A stretch of DNA of 64,000 nt, from the NCBI RefSeq assembly GCF_018977255.1, contig NW_024704758.1, positions 5,642,001 to 5,706,000 of the forward strand, written 5' to 3'. The first letter of the stretch is position 1. Every line of letters begins with the position of its first letter. This DNA comes from Callorhinchus milii (lineage: Eukaryota). A program made the translations under genes and the position numbers. This document shows positions 13,756 through 27,400 of the stretch, piece by piece. The notes under the pieces were generated by a model. It saw nothing but the letters and a program-made list of their open reading frames with translations. It made no database searches and had not been told where the DNA came from.

Positions 13756-16700
13756 GCTCCACACCCTTTTCTGGATCACGAGGTGAATAACTTTCTACAG
13801 AACAAAAGCCAGGATTTGAACGGAAGGTGAGTTTAACATCACAATAAAATCCTTACTCGGCCCAGAATTTAAACACTTGTACAGCTGAGGAGCCACACAG
13901 CAAAGTGTTTTCCCCAAATTCAATTTTAACATTTACTTTTGAATCACATCGGAGAATGGAAAAGTTTCATTTAAACATATTACATTGCTGGATGAATTTA
14001 CCAGGTTGATATCACCCCCCAAACTAAAACTTATATAGTACACTCTACTGTGCGGGTAATCAATCTTTTAAAGTACAGTTGAAAGTTGGCTGAGATCCGA
14101 GTCCAAAGGTTTTGGTGAAGAACAAAGTTTCTTCTCCAATTTAGCTCCTGTCCATTAGGCAGTTGCCCTGAGTTCACAGCGCTCTGTTTTCAGATGATAA
14201 TAATAATAATATAATAATCCTTGCATTTGATATAGTGCCTTTCAAGTCGAGATGTCTCAACGCCCTTCACATGATGTACTGTAATGCGGATTGCCTGTGT
14301 ATTTTGTGAGCGAAACGCAGCAGTCAGTCTTGCACAGCGATGTCCCACAAACAGTCAAGGAATCAGTGACCTTATTATTTGGGGGATTGTTGGCCAGAAC
14401 ACCAGGAGAAAGCCCCTTCTCTTTTCGAATAATGCCATGGGATCTTTAACATTCACTTGAACAGGCAGACGGGACCTAGGTTTAACATCTCATCTCACCA
14501 CTGGCACCGCATTGTAGTGTCATCTTAGATTATGTGATTCCAAGTCCCGATGTGGGGCTTGAACCCACAACCTTCTGACTCAGAGGTGAGTTTGCTACCA
14601 CTGCGCCAGCCTGCCCTGCAGTAACAATAATAATTCTTGCATTTGATGGAGCACCTATATGACCTCAATGCATCTCTGGGAGCTTCTCAAAGGTTTCTGC
14701 AAATTGTAGTGATTGTGTGTTAACTATCGAAGGCAGCAGCCAATTTCATCTCACAGCCACAAAGTAAATGACCAACTTTTAAAACTTTTAACATCCAGGT
14801 TGAAAGACATTTTCTGCAAGAGCGTTGATTGAAAAGCATATGGCACTCTCAGAGGTGAAGCCCAACCAAAACCAAGCTTTGGCTCAATGTCATATGATGC
14901 ACAAAGCACAATAATGTTTATTGCTGGATCATTAAAGTAGAACATTTAGTGCCTGTTTTTGGTACAACGCCCAATATCAGCATCAAACCCATTCCATCTG
15001 GTTACACCGCGGCATCTCAGGTTGCCTCAGCAACTTTTCTTCTGGCAAAACATCGGAACACTAGTGGATCAATGTGAAATTACAAGGATCCATAGTACTC
15101 CAGGGCACTGCTGATGACAACACAGCCAGGCGGATTATCAGCAGAACTTGTAGCAGACCAGTCACTGGGGGTAGTGACTCTTTGCACTCAGTTCTCATTA
15201 AGCCTGCAAGCCAAAGCGCTAATGGGTAGGGTGGTCCTAGCTGGGAAGCAGTGGGAAAGCGTGCCATACAGTGTTCTCAATAGCAGTATTCTCGGTTTTA
15301 GCTGGTTAGACCCCAGCAGTATCCCAACGCACACTGTGGGGTCCCCAAGCCTTGGCTCCTGCCAACCTGCGCCTCATACTTTTTGAAATTAGGTAAGAGA
15401 GTGTGCATTCCATTCCAAAAATCTATCTCTGGAATTTCCATGTAGGTGGGATCCATGGAATTCTCAGTATGGTTTGGATACTCTTAAACATAGTGATGGG
15501 TTTCTGCATTTGTCAGACACTGCCTGACCCAAACAGAAGGAAAAAATTACTAATTCCTACACTGGCCATTCTCACAACCTCTTTGGGGTGATTTTATGCA
15601 CACGCTGTGATTGCATTGGGCTCAAAAAGAACAGACTTGTAAAATTCAGACACATTTGATATTAGTTTTGTCCACAAAAATATAGTCTATTTGTTTTATC
15701 AGATATTCTGTGAAGCGCTTTGAGACGTCACAAAGACGTGATAAGGTGCTATATCAAATGAAAGGATTACTGCTATTATAATCTTTTAAATAATGTAATT
15801 CTACTTTAAGGTAAAACCCCATGATTTTACAGGATTTGTCTGACTGTGCGCAAATAACGCTTAATGCTAGGTATATGTTATTTCTAAGAGCAGATGTGTT
15901 GCACACTATTATACCAGGGGTTCACAATATGCATGGCAATGACCAGCGCATAAGAGAATGGAGTTTATGTTCACTTCCCCTTGGGTTCCCTGGGCTTCTT
16001 TCATCTTGTGTGATACAATTTTGATGGTTATTTAAAGGATCGTCACTTAAGGTATTCATAAGTAGTAGATTTTAGTAATGGAGTGTTGAGAAAATGTGGA
16101 ACGATACACAATTATCTCTAGTTGCTTTAACCTACATAACTCCATGGTCACCACACATGTGAAGGCACTTAAAGTACATCCCCTTATCCACATGAATAAT
16201 TCTCATTCGTCCTTTGAATTAGTCCATTCCAACATATATTGTATTCACTGCAAATAGTGCAATCTAAAATTCTGCAGCTTGTGTCCTCCAGTACACCAGG
16301 CTCCACAAGCCCATCCCTCCTCCCACCCCGCTCCCCATCCTCTATCATATCAGATACAAGATTCGCATCCTCACTTTCAAATGCCTCCACAGGGTTGTCC
16401 CACCCAACCTCTGTGATTTACTGTAACCTCCAGCCCCAGCCGTTCCCTCTGCTCAGCCATCACCAGCCTGCTTCACGTCCCTGTCTGATCCCCATCCTCC
16501 TCAACTATGGCCCCCTCTCCCATCCTCCGCCCATTCCTCCCATTTGGGCTTCCAGGCAGTTGTTTGAAGTGACTTGAGACATCACCCCAACATGAAAGGT
16601 ATAATGTAAGTGTAAGTTGACGTTATTGCTGTTGTTGTAATAACTACATAGGAAAACTGTAGATAACTGCTGTATATTGGCAGATATCTGAACTGTCCAT

Positions 16701-17975
16701 ATTGAAAAAAACCTTACACAAATTTCAATATTTAATGTTTATTAATGTTAGTTACTGAAGCATGTTACAGAACAGAAAATGATGACGTCGACTTGCACCA
16801 TTGGCAAAATTATTCATTGATTAATTTCCCCCAAACTGCACCTGTTGTTTCCATAATGGGCAGGCTCCATTTCCCCATTTTTACCAATACCCCTTGATAG
16901 TTTACTTCCCAAGCACCTATCTATCTCCCTCCTAAACACCTCAGGTACTTACAAGTCAATAATCTTTTGACGACTCAAAATCTGTCACATTTTGTAGTAT
17001 TAGTTTCAATAAGATTTGGCATATTAGCTGTTATTTTTATTAGACTCATTAGGTATCCTGACATTCACAGCAATTAATTTAACATGTAGAATAAGCCCCT
17101 TCCTTGAACCAACCATTATTGAAAGGCGCTATACAAATGTAATTTTGTTGTTGTTGTTGTTATCAAGCACTCCCAAATCTATTTCTGATCACATGTGGAC
17201 AAAGACATCTACGTTTGATTACAGTGGAAAAAGGACTTTCAAGTGTAAAAATCTTCATAGCATATTCTCTATCATTCTAGAATGATGATACTGTTAATCA
17301 CTGATCAGCGACTGATCAAAGCTGATCAGTATTGTGGTTGTCAGAATCAAAAGCTGTGACGATGACCGTGGCTGTTGCGAACACTCAGTGGATGTGTCCT
17401 TTGTGTAACCAGAGGAGAGACTGGCCATCGCGCTCTCCTCACAAACTATACATCTGGCAGCTGGAAGTCTTAATTTCCACCATCTAAATCAAAGGAAATT
17501 TCAAAATATTAATAACCCAAACAACGCAGTGCAATCCACAAACAGATCTCACCAACTTCAGTTTCACATTAGGAGAGAAACTCTTCTTTATTTTATTGCT
17601 GTTTGTGGGACACTGCTGTACACAATGGGCTGCCATGTTTCACCCACAAAATGTATAATCAATCCATTTTACAATACATTCTGTGAAGTGCTTTGTGATG
17701 TCTTTGTGAGCGAGTACATTAATGATTGTGTTTCTACACAATAGAATTCTGAAAGATATAAAGACGTAGAAATAATAATTATAAGCTATCTCTGACATTG
17801 TGCCTGCAATGACAATGGATAAAGCACATCTTCAAACACAGCTTATCCACTGGAGAGTTTTCTCTCATTGATTCACAGGATTGTATAAACCCTTAGTCTT
17901 GTCAGAATCATTAGCTGAACACTGTGGAGCGATGCGTGCGAGATGGCGAGGACATCGCTCAGAGGCAGAACTTAC

Positions 17976-18404
17976 CTGTAACTTGTAATGTTACAGACCC
18001 AATAAGAGGCACTTTGAGGGCCTCATGGACAACCTCAACCATTAATTCAGCTCCGTCATCCTTAGATAGGTCAGCACACATCCAAACGCTGCAGTTTACA
18101 CTGAACATCCCATTATTCTTCCGCACATAGTGGGGCATCACAGCAGTGAAGGAGCCATCTTCCTCACAGCCCTCTGTGACATTTTCGAGGGGAACACTGG
18201 CCGTCTTAGCTTCCTGTGGTTCCCCGTCTTTCTTTGGGATCCGCCAATGAAAGACTTTCTTTTTCTTCTGCTCCCCTTTCCTTTTCACAAAGGTAACAAT
18301 GGAGATGGCCCGTGGGCTGAAGCCAACAACTGCCCAGCTCAGGCTGGCCAGCTCCCCGGGCGTGATCTCAGAGGGTTTCTTGATTTCAGTGATTTGGGGA
18401 GGAA
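17976..18404 (-). CDS. Gene B post-TM Ig-like domain 5
   Basis: 429 nt, AG/GT; VPPQITEI...[10 protein letters not shown]...GMFSVNC...[12 protein letters not shown]. Confidence 0.88.
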
Positions 18405-21400
18405 CTAGAAAACAATAATGAGTGTTAGATGGACGCAGTGGTGTAATTCTATAACATGATTCACTGTGACGAACAAACATGCAAAAATAAATCATCTCCT
18501 TCTGCATTTTCTTTTAAATATCTTCTTCGGATTTAATATAAATTTTATGTGGAAAACATGATTGTTGCCTCCTTAGTTGTAGCTCAACAAGGCAGCTGCT
18601 AATCTCAAATGTACTAGTAATCTAAAATTCGTATTGTCTCAAGAGCACCCTGATTCAATTCATGAGCAGGGTGAAACCTTAGGCAAATTTCCTTACTCCA
18701 CACTACTCTGTAGCAGTAAGTAGGAACCCGGTTATTAGTCGATTGGAGGATCACTTATCCATCAAATTTTTTAAAAAAAATAACAATAATTTAGTCATTC
18801 CACGACTATTTGAGGGACACTGCTGTGCGCTGCCTGGTTTCACCCACCAAATGTACAGTCAATTCACTTTACAGTATATTCTGTGAAGTTCTTTGAGACG
18901 TCTCGAAGATTTGATAAGGTGTTATATCAAATGCAAGGATTATTATTATTAAATTAAATCCGGAACAACAACCGATAAATAATCACTCAACATTGCAGAG
19001 GATACCAGGCAAATACAGCAGAATGGGGATAAGCTGAAGTTTATCAGTTGTCAAAAAATACACTACTTGACACATGTCATGAAATAGACATACATGAAGA
19101 GGATCACCACAGAACCATGCACTTTGACACATGTGTACCTTTCATACAATCACACACATCACTAAACATGTACGTCATTAAAACCACATACCTCCACACA
19201 CGTGTACTTCATCGTACAACTACACACTTCAGAATACGTGTCAACACACATACATGAATGCAGCTCTTACCTCCTGTAACATGTAATGCCATAGTTTTAG
19301 TGAGAGGAGTCTTAAGAGCCTTGTGATACACTTCGACAATTAGCTCAGCTCCATCATCCCTGCACATATCAGCAGTCATCCAAATGCTGCAGTTTACACT
19401 GAATGTCCCATTGTTCTTCCTCACACAGTGGGGTGTCACAGTAGTGATGGCGTCATCTTCTTCACAGCGATCCCTCACGTCTGTGAGAGCAGTGCTCCCC
19501 ATCTTTGCTTCGTCATCTATTCCTCCATTCTCTGGGATACGCCAGTGAAACAGCCTCTTCTCTTTCAGCTCCCCTTTCCTCTTCAGCAAGAAAACAATGG
19601 AAATGGGCTTTGGAGTGAAGCCGGTGACTGACCAACTCAGACTGGCCACTTCACTATGTTTAATCTCGGGACGCAAGTCAATTTCAGTCACCGTAGGAGC
19701 AACTATAAAACAGACATAAACGGGTAAGGCTGGTATTAATGAACACTCAAGAAACATGCTATAGAATTCCTAGAGACTTGTTACCATGTCAGATGGTAAT
19801 ATATCAAGTAGTGACAGATGCAAATTACGAACTAAATCTACTGCAGCCCTTCAGCAATTGGGACCCCACAATGTTTGTTGGGGTAACTGTTAGCAAATGG
19901 TCTTCTCGGATAATACTGATCATCAATCCAATAAGAGACCATTTGGGCTTTGCCATCAGGACATGTCAATACTTAGGTCGTACCTCTCCCACCGTCTTCA
20001 CTTTGTTTCCACTAATGGTTTTTCCTCCAGTCCCCGCACTTTCTCGTGCGGTGTCCCTCAGGGCTCTGTCCTCGGTTCCCTCCTCTTCACCCTCTATGTG
20101 CTCCCCCTTGGTGACATCATCCGCAGACATGGGGTTAACTTCCACATGTATGCAGATGACACCCAACTCTACCTTTCCTCCTCTACCCTCAACTCCACGA
20201 CCACCGATGTCCTGACAGCTGCCTGTCCGACATTGAGTCCTGGACGAGAGACAACTTTCTTCAGCTCAACATGCGTAAAACTGAGGCCCTCCTGATTGGC
20301 TCACGTCAGCGCCTCCGCACCTCAGGCGCTGACAGCATCAGCATCCAAGGCTGCACTCTCCACCTCTCAAAGCCAGTCAGGAATCTTGGTGTTCTGTTCG
20401 ACCCTGAGCTGTCCTTTCTCCCTCATATCCGCGCCACAACTGGCACCGGCTTCCATCACCCCCGGAATGTCGCCAGACTACAGCACTACCTCATCCCTCA
20501 CGCTGCTGAAACCCTGGTTCACGCCTTTATCACCTCAAGGCTGGACTACGGGAACTCTCTCCTCACCGGCCTTCCCGGCACCTCCCTCCACAAGCTACAG
20601 GTCATTCAGAACTCTGCAGCTCGTGTACTGTCCCGCACCAGGCTTCGGGACCACATCACTCCCACCCTCGCTCGCCTCCACTGGCTCCCCATCCCCCAGA
20701 GGATCGAATTCAAGATCCTCATCCTCATCTACAAGGCCATTCACGGCCTCGCTCCCTCCTACCTCTCCGACCTACTATCCCCCTACCTACCTGCCCGTAC
20801 CCTCCGTTTCTCTGGCTCTGGTCTGCTTCACATCCCCCGCCCCAACCGCCCTACCATCGGTGGTCGGGCCTTCAGCCTCTCAGCCCCTAGGCTCTGGAAC
20901 TCTGTCCCCCAGTGCCTTCGCCTTGCTTCCTCCCTCTCCTCCTTCAAGGCCGGTCTCAAGACCTTTCTCTTTGACCGAGCCTTCAGCTCCCCTCTCGACT
21001 CTCTACCCCCTCCTCGCTCCCTCCCTTCCCTCCCCTCACCCTGACCATTTCCCCCTTGCTCGGGTCCTGACCCAACTGTACAGCGCCTTGGGACGTCCTC
21101 CCGACGTAAAAGGCGCTCTATAAATGGAATCTTGTTGTTGCTGTTGTACTACCATCACAACTGCCTGACAGATATTGCTCGGAATGGCAAATTAATCTCC
21201 AGGAGTTATCCCAAAGTACACTCTGGCGATCCCAAACCTACGCTCTGGACAATATGTGCCAAACATTCTCTGGAATTAGACAAGCAGAGTGCATCCCTGT
21301 GCTGTAATTGCTATGATTCTATTTTTCAACATGTGGGTATTGTTGGGTGGGAGAAGGTTGCAGAAGCCAAACCTTACCTCCGACAATGACCAACTTCACA

Positions 21401-24400
21401 GATGAAGCGAGTGGATTCTTAAGGGACTCATGGTGAACTTTCAGTGTGACTTCAGCGCCGTCATCCTCGGATGCGTCAGGACAGATTATTATCATGCCCT
21501 TCACACTGAACGTCCCATCATCCAGCTGAACGCACTTTGAGATTGAAGCAGTAATGGAGTCTTCTTTCTTATTCCCATTGAGTATACATGATGAGTTTAA
21601 GAGAAGACCTTTTTCATCATATTCTAGTGGGTCTTCATTCTTTTTGAAATTCCACTCATATAATGGCTGTGGTTCCTTTCCTTTTCTCCTCACTATTAAA
21701 GTAATGGTTATCATCCGGGGGGTGAACCCAGTAACTTCCCAGCCTGTACGAGACTCCTCACCATGCTTAAACTGGTCAGTTTTGCTCAATTCACTGATCC
21801 GAGGAGGAACTAAAATGGAATTAAAACAAAATCGGCATTACATTTTAAGTCTCTCACATACAACATTGGGTTCTAATTTGTGGTGTTCCTTAAGGGGTTC
21901 CATCAGAATTCCAATTGACCTTTGATAACTCTACGCTGGAATAACTCCATATTGGAGGTTTCCTCTGGTTTGGTGAGTCAGACATCAAGAGTCTTAGAAA
22001 GAAACCCCTTTTGGCTAACATTGATTGCTTACGAAGGAATTCCATAAAGAATAGCACAAATTTGACCCCGTTTTCCAGCTACACTGATAAGAGCTTGGGC
22101 ATTGGAGAGGGATGAAAGGAGGTTTACCAGGATGGTACCAGAAATAAAGAACTTTAGTTATGAGGAGAGGTTAGCGAAACTAGGATTATACCCCCTAGAG
22201 CAGAGAAGATAAAGAGGGGATTTAATAGAGGTTTTCAAGATCATGAGAGGATTTAATAGGTTAATCTGGGAAAAACTGTTTCCACTGACATGTAGGTCAG
22301 TAACCCGAGGACTCCGATTTAAGATGGCTGTTAAAAGAAACAGAGGGGAGGTTAGAAAAAAAATTTCATCCAGTAAGTTGTTTGGATCTAGAATCCATTA
22401 CCTGAACCTGTAGTGGAAGCCGATTCAATAAAAACGTTTAAGAGAGAAGTAGATGGGTATTTGGGGAGGACGGGATTGCAGGGTTATGGAGAGAAAGCGG
22501 GCCAGTGGGATTGAGTTGGATTGCTCTTTTAGGAGCCAGCACAGACGTGATGGGCCGAATGGCCTCTTTCTGTGCTGTATAATTTTATGATTCTTTGATA
22601 CACACATTGGGCAAGTTTCCTTATTCAACAGCCTCTGTTCACCCAGCAGTAAATTGGAACCCAGTTGTTAGTTGATTGGCGGATCCCTTTTCCGGGGGTA
22701 ATAATCCCTTCAAAAAACAATTTTGGTGGGCTATTGGCTGCCGTGTTTCGCTAGTGTCACACTACACAGTCACACTATACAGTCAATTCACCTTACAGTA
22801 TATTCTGTGAAGCTCATGTCCCAAATGCAAGGATTATTATTATTTAACTGCTTTAAGGTGCAGAATTTGTTCAGTGAAATACTAATGCAGCTGTGATCTA
22901 ATCATATACAAGACCTTGTATGTGGACAATAAAGTCCATCTTGTGTCAATTTTATTCAGACACTTGTCACTCATGTGACACAGGAGAAGGAATATCAGGT
23001 CCATGTCATCTGATGGCAAGTGATTTACAGCACAGGTTTGTGCTGGGACACAGGTTAAGGAGATCCCCACAATCACTCACAGTAATTAATAATAATGAGA
23101 GACATAACTGACCTCATGTTCATCAACAGACAATGGTGCTGGTTTATATCACTGCGGTTCCCAACTCTTAGTCCCTGTCAACTATCTACACTAAATTTCC
23201 CCCAACAGCTCCTCATCCCATTTCTGTATAGTCATCCCTGGGGTTCACTGAGGCAATCACTGTATCACTCCATCCTTTGGCCTCAACTATTTCCTATCTG
23301 AATAACATCATCCATTGATAATGCAGACAATTCTCACACATAGAATCTTTAATCTGTTTCAGTGTTTTCCCATATATCACATCTGCATAAAGCCTCTTTG
23401 ATTCGCAGGATTGCTATCTCAATGCCTGTCAACAGATCCTATGAGACACCATTCGGTTACTGTAAGGAGTTCTTTCTTACTCAGTTTCCTTCGTAAGGAA
23501 CTGGTTAATCAACATATTTTTGCCCCCCTTATGCCTTCATGTGGACATCTCATTCTGCTGATTGCTTGCAGCAACAGATATTACACTACCATTTAAAATC
23601 AAATAACTGAATCTTATCTCCTTCTTTCTTGGTCCCTTTAATTTGTTTCTTGCAGCAACAGCAAAGTACTAATAGAAGCAACAATATCAAAGATACACCA
23701 CCAACGACACCTGCAGAAGCCATTCCTTACCTCTGGCAATGACTAACTTCACAGATGGAGTGAGTGGCTTCCCAAGGGTCTCGTGTTGAACTTTCAATGT
23801 GACTTCAGCGCCGTCATCCTCGGATGCGTCAGGACAGACTGTTATCGTGCACTTCACACTGAACGTCCCGTCAAACAGCTGAATGCACTTTGCGATTGCA
23901 GCAGTAATGGAGTCTTCTTTCTTATTCCCATCCAGTACATATGATGAATTTAAGAGAAGACCTTCTTCGTCATATTCTAGTGGGTCTTCATTATTTTTCA
24001 AATTCCACTCATATAATGTCTGTGGTTCCTTTCCTTTTCTCCTCAGTATTAAAGTAATGGTTATCATCCGGGGGGTGAACCCAGTAACTTCCCAGTTCAT
24101 ACAAGACTCCACACCATGCATAAACTGCTTGGGTTTGATCAATTCACTGATCCGAGGAGGAACTGAAAAGGAATTAAACAAAATCGGACATTACAGTTTA
24201 AGTCTCTCACATTCATTATTGGGTTCTAATTTGTGATATTCTTTAAGGGATTGCATTAGAATTTCAATTGACCTGTGATAACTCTACCCTGGAATAACTC
24301 CATACTGGAGCATTCCGCTGGTTTGGTGCAACAGACATCAAGGGTCTTAGAAGGAAATCCCTTTTGGCTACCATTGATTGCTTACTAAGGAAATCCGTTA

Positions 24401-27400
24401 AGAAATAGCATAAATTTGACGCCGTTTTCCAGCTACACTGAAGAGAGCTGGGGCATTGGAGAGGGTGCAAAGGAGGTTTACCAGGATGGTACTAGGAATG
24501 AAGGACCTTAGTTATGAGGAGACGTTAGCGAAACTAGGATTATTCTCCCTAGAGCAGAGAAGATTAATAGGGAAATTAATAAAGGTTTTCAAGATTATGA
24601 GAGGAACTGATAGGTTGAACCGGAAAAACTGTTTCCACTGGCATGTGTGTCAGTAACCTGAGGACATCAATTTAAGATGGTTGTTAAAAGAAACGGAGGG
24701 GAGGTTAGAAAAAATGTTTTCACCCAACGAGTTGTTTGGATCTCGAATGCATTATCTGAAAGGGTAATGGAAGCCGAATCAATAAAAATGTTTAAGAGAG
24801 AAGTAGATGGGTATTTGGGGAGGACAGGATTGAAGGGCTATGGAGAGAAAGTGGGCCAGTGGGATTGAGTTGGATGGCACTTTTAGGAGCCGGCACAGAC
24901 GTGATGGGCCGAATGGCCTCTTTCTGTGCTGTATGATTTTATGATTCTATGATATACACATTGGGGAAGCTTCATACTCAACACCTTCTGTTCACCCAGC
25001 AGTAAATTGGAAACTAGTTGTCAGTCGCTTGACGGATACCTTTTCCGGGGATAATAATCCCTTCAAAAAAAATAAATTTGGTGGTCTATCGGCTGCCGTG
25101 TTTCGCTCGTGTCACACTACACAGTCACACTATACAGTCAATTCACTTTACAATATATTCTGTGAAGCGCATGTCTCAAAATGCAAGGATTATTATTAAT
25201 ATTTAATTGCTTTAAGGTGCAGAATTTGTTCAGTGAAATACTAATGCAGCTGTGATCTCGTCATATACAAGACCTTGTATGTGGACAATAAAGCCCATCT
25301 TGTGTCAATTTTGTTCAGACACTTGTCACTCATGTGACACAGGAGAAGGAATTTCAGGTCCCTGTCATCTGATGGCAGGTGACTTGCAGCACAGGTTTGT
25401 GCTGGGAAACAGGTTAAGGAGATCCCCACAATCACTCACAGTAATTAATAATAATGAGAAACATAACTGCACCTCATGTTCATCAACAGACAATGGTGCT
25501 GGTTTATATCACTGAGGTTCCCAATTCTTAGTCCCTGTCAAATATTTACACTAAATTTTTCCCAACAGCTCCTCATCCTATTTCTGCATAGTCATCCCTG
25601 GGGTTCACTGAGGCAATCACTGTATCACTCCATCCTTTGGCCTCAACTATTTCTTATCTGAATAACATCATCCATTGGCAATGCAGATAATTCCCACACA
25701 TAAAATCTTTAATCTGTTTCAGTGTTTCCCCATATAACACATCTGCATAAATTCTCTTTGATTCTCAGGATTGCTATCTCAAAGCCTCTCAGCAGATCCT
25801 ATAAGACACCATTTGGTTACTGGAAGGAGTTCATTCTTACTCAGTTTCCTTCGTAAGGAACTGGTTGGAAAGCAACATATTTTTGCCCCCCTTATGCCTT
25901 TATGTGGACATCTCATTCTGCTGATTGCTTGCAGCAACGGATATTGCACAACCATTTAAAATCAAATAACTGAATCTTATCTCCTTCTTTCTTGGTCCCT
26001 TTAATTTGTTTCTTGCAGCAACAGCAAAGTACTAATAGAAGCAACAATATCAAAGATACACCACCAACGACACCTGCAAAAGCCAATCCTTACCTCTGGC
26101 AATGACTAACTTCACAGATGAAGTGAGTGGCTTCCCAAGGGTCTCGTGTTGAACTTTCAATGTGACTTCAGCACCGTCATCCTCGGATGCGTCAGGACAG
26201 ATTGTTATTGTGCTCTTCAAACTGAACGTCCCGTCATCCTGCTTAACGCACTTTGCGATTGCAGCAGTAATGGAGTCTTCTTTATTATTCCCATCCAGTA
26301 CATATGACGAGTTTAAGAGAAGACCTTTCTCGTCATATTCTAGTGGGTCTTCATTATTTTTCAAATTCCACTCATATAATGGCTGTGGTTCCTTTCCTTT
26401 TCTCCTCACTAATAAAGTAATGGTTATCATCCGGGGGATGAACCCAGTAACTTCCCAGTTCATACGAGACGCCACACCATGCTTAAACTGGTCGGGTTTT
26501 CTCAATTCACTGATCCGAGGAGGAACTAAAAAGGAATTAAAATAAAATCGGACATTGTGTTTTAATTCTCTCACATTCAATATTGGGTTCTAATTTGTGA
26601 TGTTCTTTAAGGGTTTCATTAGAATTCCAATTGACCTGTGATAACTCTACCCTGGAATAACTCCATATTGGAGCATTCCTCTGGTTTGGTGCAACAGACA
26701 TCAAGGATCTTAGAAGGAAACCCCGTTTGGCTATCATTGATTGCTTACTAAGGAATTCCATTAAGAAATAGCATAAATTTGACCCTGTTTTACAGCTTTA
26801 CTGAAAAGAGCTGGGGTATTGGAGTGGGTGAAAGGAGATTTACCAGGATGGTACCAGAAATGAAGGACCTTAGTTATGAGGAGACCTTAGCGAAACTAGG
26901 ATTATTCTCGCTAGAGCAGAGAAGATTAAGAGAGGATTTAATTGACGTTTTCAAGATTATGAGAGGATTTGATAGATTGAACCGGGAAAAACTTTTTTCA
27001 CTGGCATGTGGGTCAGTAACCCGAGGACACCAATTTAAGATGGTTGTTAAAAGAAACAGAGAGGAGGTTAGGAAAAATGTTTTCACCCAGCAAGTTGTTT
27101 TGATCTGGAATGCATTACTTGAAAGGGTAGTGGAAGCCGATTCAATAAAAACGTTTAAGAGAGAAGTAGATAGGTATTTGGGGAGGACAGGATTGCAGGG
27201 CTATGGAGAGAAAGCGGGCCAGTGGGATTGAGTTGGATTGCTCTTTTAGGAGCCGGCACAGACGTGATTGGCCAAATGTGCTGTACGATTCTACGATTCT
27301 ATGATACACGCATTGGGCAAGTTTCCCTACTCAACACCCTCTGTATGTGGACAATAAAGTACATCTTGTGTCAATTTTGTTCAGACACTCGTCACTCGTG

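Noticed and set aside
17740-17800. Terminal exon of gene B (GTMSEIAYNYYF...stop)
   Set aside because: The acceptor is plausible but not homologous to the gene A terminal exon and has no supporting signal; left unresolved.
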